Source: an uncultured virus (IMG/VR IMGVR_UViG_3300005253_000005)
Taxonomy: Duplodnaviria > Heunggongvirae > Uroviricota > Caudoviricetes
Length of the DNA: 64,000 nt
Virus record (IMG/VR): IMGVR_UViG_3300005253_000005
Reading direction: 5' to 3' (one strand)
Part shown: in pieces, positions 58,145 to 64,000 of the stretch
How positions within the stretch are numbered: position 1 is the first letter of the stretch
Layout of the letters: every line of letters begins with the position of its first letter
Made by a program: the position numbers and the translations under genes
Notes under the pieces: model-generated
The model's database searches: none
Seen by the model: the letters and a program-made list of their open reading frames with translations, nothing else
What the model was told of the DNA's origin: nothing

Positions 58145-58948
58145 TTATCTAATTAGGTTAGCTGAAACTACTATAAGACCAAGAGTTTCAGCTCCACCAG
58201 CATTATTTACCCTAATCCTGTGGTATCGTTTGCCAGCATCTGTTATATCCTCCTTATAGGCTGCTGAGATAGCTGTAAAGGTAGGAAACGCAATTGCAGC
58301 AGCCCATGCACTACCTGACGTTGCTGTATCTTGTACCTCAATTGTGAACACGCTGCCAGCTGTCTTTTTATATACACAATAGGCTGCGACTACACCTGTA
58401 ACTGCTGCTACAGGTGCTCCAACATCTATATCTCCAGTCGGAGCTGGAAGAAATGTATCTCCTGTGGGGAAAGACTGCTCTATTTGAGCTATAATAAATC
58501 CTGCTCGAAGGCCATCAGCACCCTGGAATCTACCCCTAAGCGTTTGTATATCGTTACGGGGAGCACTAAGAGCAACACTACCCAAGATGCTATTCATAAA
58601 GAAGGCTTTTTCACCAGCAGCAGCTGAGTTACCTGGAACAAATATAATAGGGACTTCAGGATCTGCTTTAAAGACTGAGCCGCCATCAGCCTGAAATGTA
58701 TTGACATAAGCTGCATCAGTTACAAGATCATTCGCATCAGTAACTGGCCTTGTTTCATCCATAAAAGCATTGACGCCCATAGTTACAGAGCCGTCTATAA
58801 ATGTAAACTCACGCCAGTCTACTCCATATGCTGTACCGTCTTTAGTATTTAATTCCATGTTGTTCTCCATCTCAAACATACGGAGATAGAGAGCAACATC
58901 ATTCACATACATTCTGGCATTCTTTCCAACAACTCTTACTGCAGCCAT
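58145..58948 (-). CDS. Tail-tube paralog with an additional C-terminal beta domain
   Basis: Shares MAAVR..GKNA, LN..DGT..GVDWREFT.IDG and APR...T.R.R..GA with 57668-58111. Confidence 0.7.
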   Translation of the reverse strand: MAAVRVVGKNARMYVNDVALYLRMFEMENNMELNTKDGTAYGVDWREFTFIDGSVTMGVNAFMDETRPVTDANDLVTDAAYVNTFQADGGSVFKADPEVPIIFVPGNSAAAGEKAFFMNSILGSVALSAPRNDIQTLRGRFQGADGLRAGFIIAQIEQSFPTGDTFLPAPTGDIDVGAPVAAVTGVVAAYCVYKKTAGSVFTIEVQDTATSGSAWAAAIAFPTFTAISAAYKEDITDAGKRYHRIRVNNAGGAETLGLIVVSANLIR

Positions 58949-59448
58949 TATGAGCTTCCTCCTGAAAGAAGGGCCTTTATATCTTGTCTTACTTCTTTAG
59001 GTAATGTGGAAGCAACTCTATCACGAAGAATCTTAGCTCCACGTCTAAGGAATGGATTTGCGGATTGTCCTCTAACAGACCTTACCCTCATCCATCTGTT
59101 TTTTCTATTCCAGAAGAAGACTAAAACTTTAGAGCGTTGTGGAATTATAGGATCACCAGACGGGCCATATATTCCTGTTCCTTCATGCACCCATTTTGCA
59201 TGTTTAGCTGACGCCGTAAGAGAACCTGTTAATACATCTCCCTGACTCTTGACATCAATGCCTATAGAATCTCTCAGAACGTTTGTTTCACCAACAGGTG
59301 CCTCTTCCTTCACTCGTTCTAGTCCTTCTTCTAATCGTCTTCTGGCAAAGAACTGAGTACCTCTAACTATACGCTGACGATTAACAGCACGTAGTCGTTG
59401 TTGAGCTTCATTAAACCCTTGAACTGTTACTATAAACTCTACTGTCAT
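58948..59448 (-). CDS. HK97 gp10-like tail-completion protein
   Basis: APVGETNVLRDSI, AKWVHEGTG, GQSANPFLR. Confidence 0.8.
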   Translation of the reverse strand: MTVEFIVTVQGFNEAQQRLRAVNRQRIVRGTQFFARRRLEEGLERVKEEAPVGETNVLRDSIGIDVKSQGDVLTGSLTASAKHAKWVHEGTGIYGPSGDPIIPQRSKVLVFFWNRKNRWMRVRSVRGQSANPFLRRGAKILRDRVASTLPKEVRQDIKALLSGGSS

Positions 59449-59452
59449 GATT

Positions 59453-59920
59453 CTACTCAGCCAAAGTTACTGAATGTTGCTGCTGTACTTCTACTAGAAC
59501 ACTCAAAGTAAAATGTGTAGGTGTCTCATTATCTTCGTCAAAGACAACTCCGAGATTATCTCCTCTTATTAGCTTTGCATCTGTTATCTTACTTGTGTTT
59601 CCAGGCCCTTTGCCCAAGTATGTATTTTTCTCTATGATATCAATTACTGTATCACGAGCCTTAACAAGAGTCGCTACATCCTCTTCAATGTGAGCACTGT
59701 AGGTTTCATAGATATCAATAAAGAAGTCCCACCCAACAGCATACTCTCCACCGAATCCTGAGCCTTGATGAGCAAAGCCGCCAACTCGCAAGACGATAGC
59801 TGTTGAGCCTGAGTCAGCAATAACTGAAAAGTCATGCCTAGAAACATTGTTTTTGAAAGTATCATTAGCATTGAGAAGATCATGTAAATCGTCTAGTATT
59901 TCTTTGTATCCTACTGACAT
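59453..59920 (-). CDS. Putative tail terminator/neck protein
   Basis: Position and size (155 aa, acidic). Confidence 0.55.
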   Translation of the reverse strand: MSVGYKEILDDLHDLLNANDTFKNNVSRHDFSVIADSGSTAIVLRVGGFAHQGSGFGGEYAVGWDFFIDIYETYSAHIEEDVATLVKARDTVIDIIEKNTYLGKGPGNTSKITDAKLIRGDNLGVVFDEDNETPTHFTLSVLVEVQQQHSVTLAE

Positions 59921-59922
59921 TA

Positions 59923-60462
59923 TTACAATTCCTGACTTACGTGTGAACTACGGACTCTGCCAGGATGTCTAAAGCCATCTCTTGTAAACGCAGGTTGAAC
60001 AGCGTCAGTATCTGTTGAGAGAGTCTCTTTTTCATCATGACTAACACCTGTAATAACACCAAGCGTCTCTCTGTCACGAACTACACCAAGACGGTCTAAT
60101 GTGTTTCCTTTAAGAATATCTTGCAGTGTTTCATACTGATCTTTAAGTACCATCCAGCGGCTATTACCTCTCGGAGCTGACTGGATACCAGGATGAGATA
60201 GTTCCATTCTGTAGGCTATTCCAAGAGCTGCAAACCACGCTAGATACTTTTTAGCTGCTACAGGATAATCAGCTATATCTATAGAAAATCCACTTCCGCC
60301 TAGCCACGCAAACATTTCAGCTTCTGTCTCAGATAATGCTTCTTCAGCCTGTTCTATACTAGGCGTACTCGAAGAATCAAAAGTACCACCTTTAACTAGA
60401 TGGCGTTCTAGCATAGTGACCATTTTTAGAACGTCGCCATTGTCTTCTTCAAAGTTAGCCAT
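59923..60462 (-). CDS. Head-tail adaptor-like protein
   Basis: Position; F..SSTPS..Q...AL pattern and AFTRDGF C-terminus. Confidence 0.6.
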   Translation of the reverse strand: MANFEEDNGDVLKMVTMLERHLVKGGTFDSSSTPSIEQAEEALSETEAEMFAWLGGSGFSIDIADYPVAAKKYLAWFAALGIAYRMELSHPGIQSAPRGNSRWMVLKDQYETLQDILKGNTLDRLGVVRDRETLGVITGVSHDEKETLSTDTDAVQPAFTRDGFRHPGRVRSSHVSQEL

Positions 60463-60579
60463 ATTATTTCTTCTATTCTACTTGATCTTTGCTATTCCGT
60501 TACCAATGCCACTATCGCCTGGTTCGATGGCAGCTCCAGGCTTATCTTCCAGTGTGTCTCCTATATCATTGATCTGTCT

Positions 60580-60915
60580 TTACTCCTCGTAGATTATTAT
60601 AATTGTAACCGCGTTTCCATCGATTGCTGAACTGTTAGCGGCAATACAGTAAATCTGCACGTTAGTGGCGTCTATAAAAAACTCAAACTCGTAATTGGCT
60701 ACGCTTGTAAAGTGAGGAGGTATTGGATTACCGTTGTCGGCGGTCACTAAAACTTGTGCCCCAATTATCTTAGTTCTATCTGCGAGTCCGTGAGCTATAG
60801 TCCCTGAAGCTCCTACAGCAGGGGACGTGCCTGTGAGTTTCACCATTCTTACACTTGGCGCACCAGTTCCAATAGTTACAAACTCCCCATCTAGGATGTT
60901 CGGATGATCTGGCAT
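60580..60915 (-). CDS. Small beta-rich virion protein
   Basis: TIAHGL...IIGAQV...VTIIIIYE pattern, like fibre C-terminal domains. Confidence 0.55.
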   Translation of the reverse strand: MPDHPNILDGEFVTIGTGAPSVRMVKLTGTSPAVGASGTIAHGLADRTKIIGAQVLVTADNGNPIPPHFTSVANYEFEFFIDATNVQIYCIAANSSAIDGNAVTIIIIYEE

Positions 60916-61286
60916 TAGTTTATCACCAACGCGCCTACTGAATATGTCATACTATCTGTGTCAGCAACGGCCATCTGGAAACGCCAATGAGCAGGCAGGA
61001 TATCACTCGCAGCCGCGTTTGCTACTGCGACAATGCCTGGATAGACTTTAAGTACAGTCATTCCAGTAGCAGTAATTGCTATACCTACCAGAATATCATA
61101 CCACTTGCCTGAAGCAGGATCTTTACCTTGAATCTTAGGCGTAATAGACGCTGTAGCAGGATCAACTGTTACATCTATGATAACATGCAGACCTTTGCCA
61201 CGAGTGTTAGTTTGCTCATCGCTTTCCGTTTCTGCTGTACGAGCAGCAGAAGCGAGAAGCGTAATATCTTTATTATCAAAGGACAT
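60915..61286 (-). CDS. Small beta-sandwich virion protein
   Basis: LLASAART...IQGKDPASGKWYDIL...YPG...TYSVG. Confidence 0.6.
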   Translation of the reverse strand: MSFDNKDITLLASAARTAETESDEQTNTRGKGLHVIIDVTVDPATASITPKIQGKDPASGKWYDILVGIAITATGMTVLKVYPGIVAVANAAASDILPAHWRFQMAVADTDSMTYSVGALVIN

Positions 61287-61287
61287 A

Positions 61288-61783
61288 TTATGTTATTCCT
61301 TCTTCTAGCTCTGGTTTAATAATAACATCTACAAACTCGTGTCCGCAAGGACAACTCATTAAGACACCATCTTCGTGCTCAAAGACCTCATGAAGCTTAG
61401 GTCTATTACACTGAGAACAATGATGTTCTATAGAGTCTAGCTTCTTTGACTTTCTAACTGTCTTAGGCTTGGGCATTATCTGTTATCTATTTCAGGCTTA
61501 CTCTGGTCTTGCCACCACATTCGTTACAGATATAGATTCCCCAATCTTGACTGTCAGAAGCTCGTTGTGTATGAGCTGTTACTTTAGAGCAAGCCATACA
61601 GACTATCTCAGTCGTCTCTACCTCTTCTACTTCCACTGCTGTCGTAAAAGGCTCGTTATCATCTGATTCATTATCCTCTGGTTGTAGATCATCAGCCAGT
61701 GGCAAATTCTTCTTGCCACGAATTCGCTCTTTAGTCTCTTCGTTCTCATACCAGCCGCCGCCTGTGTGTATCCAATTACTCAT
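61288..61783 (-). other. Two small Zn-ribbon genes (61288-61476, 61487-61783)
   Basis: CSQC...H...CPCG and CMAC...H...CNECG. Confidence 0.6.
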
Positions 61784-61804
61784 ATCTCTCTCCCTTCTCT
61801 TACT

Positions 61805-61839
61805 AAACTAGCGGCTGCCCGAAACCGGAGAGCCGCTAG
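61805..61839 (-). terminator. Terminator/stem-loop after the capsid genes
   Basis: CTAGCGGCT/AGCCGCTAG stem followed by a short TTT on minus. Confidence 0.6.
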
Positions 61840-61883
61840 CATTTGCCTTGCGGCCTCAGCCGCGTCCGTGTTGCTCAGGCTAT

Positions 61884-62402
61884 TTATGCTGCCACGAATG
61901 TAGATGTCTTTACAAAGTCTACAGGGTTTGCATAGATGACTATGATACGAAGCTCCCCTGTTGTAGCTGCAGTTCCTACTAGAGTAATTGTAGCTGTAAT
62001 ATTTGTAGCCGCAGCTCGGTAAGCATCTCTCTTCTGTCCGGTGAGATAGACACCAATCTCTAGAGAATCTGCAAAGTTAAGCTCTTCCTCTGCGACAAGA
62101 TCAGTAGCTTTCAGGTCTACCGCATCATAGAATCCATTAGGATCTTCTGTATCACCAACAATTAGAGCTGCAGATGTTCCAGCATTAAAGAGATCAATAG
62201 TATGAACACGAATATCAAGGATAGTGGCACCAGCAGGAATAGCAACTGGAACCATTGTAAGGACACCAGCGGCACCTGCTGCGCCATCATCATCAAAGGA
62301 TATAACACGCTCTTGAACAACGGGAATTACGCCTTCATCAGTTTGGAAGCCACCATCAGCTTGATGGACTCCTTGTGTTCTACCTGCTGGAGTTTTAGCC
62401 AT
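61884..62402 (-). CDS. Capsid decoration/minor head protein
   Basis: IPAGATILDI...FNAGTSAALIVGD...ATTGELRIIVIY; downstream of the MCP. Confidence 0.6.
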   Translation of the reverse strand: MAKTPAGRTQGVHQADGGFQTDEGVIPVVQERVISFDDDGAAGAAGVLTMVPVAIPAGATILDIRVHTIDLFNAGTSAALIVGDTEDPNGFYDAVDLKATDLVAEEELNFADSLEIGVYLTGQKRDAYRAAATNITATITLVGTAATTGELRIIVIYANPVDFVKTSTFVAA

Positions 62403-62423
62403 GTTTTGTTCTCCCTAAAAAGG

Positions 62424-62756
62424 TTAACTCTTAGCCAGAGTTTGACTTCTCAATTCTGCTAGTGATGGTTCTGTAGCTGCATCTGCACCTACTGGAACTG
62501 GCTCAGCAGGAATGCTAATCCCTGGTTCTATAGGGCACTGCTCTTCGTGATAACGGATAAACGAACTAGCCACAAATTTCTTGCCACACCGAAGGCAAGA
62601 AATCAGATCCTTACCATCGTGAAGTTTAATATAGCCGATGTTGATAAGGGACTGGTCATTCTTCATCATACCAGTCTCGATCTGAACGTATTCGCCGCGT
62701 TCTAGATGGCGATCACCATAGTCGAACTCGTGATAGATACCGTATCCGTCAGCCAT
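62424..62756 (-). CDS. Small protein with a C2H-type Zn finger
   Basis: CLRCGKKF...H...C; directly after the MCP. Confidence 0.6.
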   Translation of the reverse strand: MADGYGIYHEFDYGDRHLERGEYVQIETGMMKNDQSLINIGYIKLHDGKDLISCLRCGKKFVASSFIRYHEEQCPIEPGISIPAEPVPVGADAATEPSLAELRSQTLAKS

Positions 62757-62768
62757 GCTTCGGCTCCT

Positions 62769-63719
62769 TTAGGCTACAACACTAGCAGCAAACTCGCCCA
62801 TGTCTGCATCAATCTGCTTCTGGTCATAGTAAGTGTGAACTTCGATTGTATCCTTACGAAGCTTATCATCCGTAATTCTTCGTATGAACCAGGGCGCTGC
62901 ACCACCACCTACTAGTGGCTTCCAAACGAACGTGTATCCGCCTGTTGGAACAAAAAGCCCAGGAGCAGAAGGTGTGTAGACAACAAGAGCGTGCTTACCC
63001 CAAATAGCAGCAAAGGCATCTGTTGCACCTTCAAGTGAAGTCGCCTCAATTGCATCACCGACTAGAACCCTGTCAAGACGAACAAGCTGAGCGATCATCT
63101 GCTCGGTCACAGAGCCACCTGTGTACTTGACACGCTCTACAAGCAGAGGGTGATCAAGAAGCTTGTCCATAACTAGGTTGTTAGTAACTAGAGTATTGGC
63201 AGGCTGGCCTGACTTACCCAAGACGTTACTACGCATTGTACGAAGGTCTTGAATTGGGTCAGACGCTGCATAATCAGACCACTGAGCAGATTCAACAAAA
63301 TCTGTTCCCCACTTACCTGTAGCAAAGAAGTCTGCTGCGAACTGCTTCTCCCAATGAATCTGAACCATCTCAGTCAACCATCGAGTAGCATCTCTGTCCA
63401 TATCATATGGAGCATCGGTATTCTGGCGAACTTCGACAGGAATCTCTTTACCAAGAGCAAAGTTCTTGTTGAAGAACGTCATAGTATTGTCAACCGTGAA
63501 GCCGCTAGTCGCAACAGGCGCACCTGGAGCACGAAGCTTCATCTGCTCTCGGAACCACTTGTCCTTATCATAACGTGGAACGATGTCCGACTGTTTATTA
63601 GTCGGAACAATGGGAAAGATCTGAGAGGCGATATAACGCTTGTTCTGATAACCAATTGACATATTAGTTAGCAGCGCATCAACGTGGACATCGCCTACGT
63701 CTGGCTGAAATCCTGCCAT
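62769..63719 (-). CDS. Major capsid protein (gpE-like HK97 fold)
   Basis: 316 aa; DVHVDALLTNMSIGY, IFPIVP, QWSDYAASDPIQD, LLDHP, GYTF. Confidence 0.88.
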   Translation of the reverse strand: MAGFQPDVGDVHVDALLTNMSIGYQNKRYIASQIFPIVPTNKQSDIVPRYDKDKWFREQMKLRAPGAPVATSGFTVDNTMTFFNKNFALGKEIPVEVRQNTDAPYDMDRDATRWLTEMVQIHWEKQFAADFFATGKWGTDFVESAQWSDYAASDPIQDLRTMRSNVLGKSGQPANTLVTNNLVMDKLLDHPLLVERVKYTGGSVTEQMIAQLVRLDRVLVGDAIEATSLEGATDAFAAIWGKHALVVYTPSAPGLFVPTGGYTFVWKPLVGGGAAPWFIRRITDDKLRKDTIEVHTYYDQKQIDADMGEFAASVVA

Positions 63720-63758
63720 CTTATCCTACCTCACTTACTCTTGGTGTTTGACTACTGT

Positions 63759-64000
63759 CTACTGAGTTACTACTTCATAAGGGGCGTGAATAAAAACTGA
63801 TACAACTTCGTCTTCGGCAGTTGCTGCTTCAAGTGCTACAGCGATAGCAATATCAGTTGCGACTGCTGTAGCAAGCTTTCCGTCTGATTTAGCCGATAGG
63901 TCATCGCCTATAGAGAAAGCCGCATCTGCTCGACCCTTAGATACACCTAGAGTCTGGATATTAGCAGCCTGACCAATAGCTTTCGGCTTGTTCTGAAGAA
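63759..64000 (-). CDS. Capsid cement/decoration protein (DUF2190-like), 5' end outside the window
   Basis: QNKPKAIGQAANIQTLGVSKGRADAAFSIGDDL...DGK...AVALEAATAEDEVVSV; directly upstream of the MCP. Confidence 0.75.
   Translation of the reverse strand, partial: LQNKPKAIGQAANIQTLGVSKGRADAAFSIGDDLSAKSDGKLATAVATDIAIAVALEAATAEDEVVSVFIHAPYEVVTQ

Overview
The window is most of the genome of a tailed dsDNA bacteriophage (siphovirus-like; AT-rich background with GC-rich patches). Almost all genes are on the minus strand. From right to left it contains: capsid cement, major capsid, head-tail joining and tail genes (64000-49409; two paralogous tail-tube-like genes, a tail chaperone with a predicted -1 frameshift, tape measure, Dit/Tal-like proteins with carbohydrate-binding insertions); a replication/metabolism/lysis block (AAA_25 helicase, class II ribonucleotide reductase, amidase endolysin and holin, two DNA methyltransferases, MazG-like, Tad1-like, Cas4/YqaJ-like exonuclease, Sak4-like ATPase, ERCC4 nuclease); a MoxR AAA+/VWA pair; about 12 kb of small unknown genes behind strong sigma70-type promoters; a short plus-strand operon (macro domain, DUF4031); then TerS, TerL, portal, a GroES-like gene and an unusual accessory virion module ending in a >=956-aa repeat protein that runs off the left edge. 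I saw no integrase, DNA polymerase, reverse transcriptase, tRNA or CRISPR array. The most unusual signals are non-coding: a ~250-nt multibranch structured element closed by a 20-bp perfect inverted repeat (32506-32754); a ~110-bp repeat-bounded element present twice in opposite orientation (22783-22893, 46793-46902); a candidate three-hairpin sRNA with seed matches to two early-gene starts (10690-10795); and a dispersed TGCACC-CTTCGAAG motif. All protein calls come from recognising motifs by eye, not from database searches. A Chloroflexota or Actinomycetota host is an inference.
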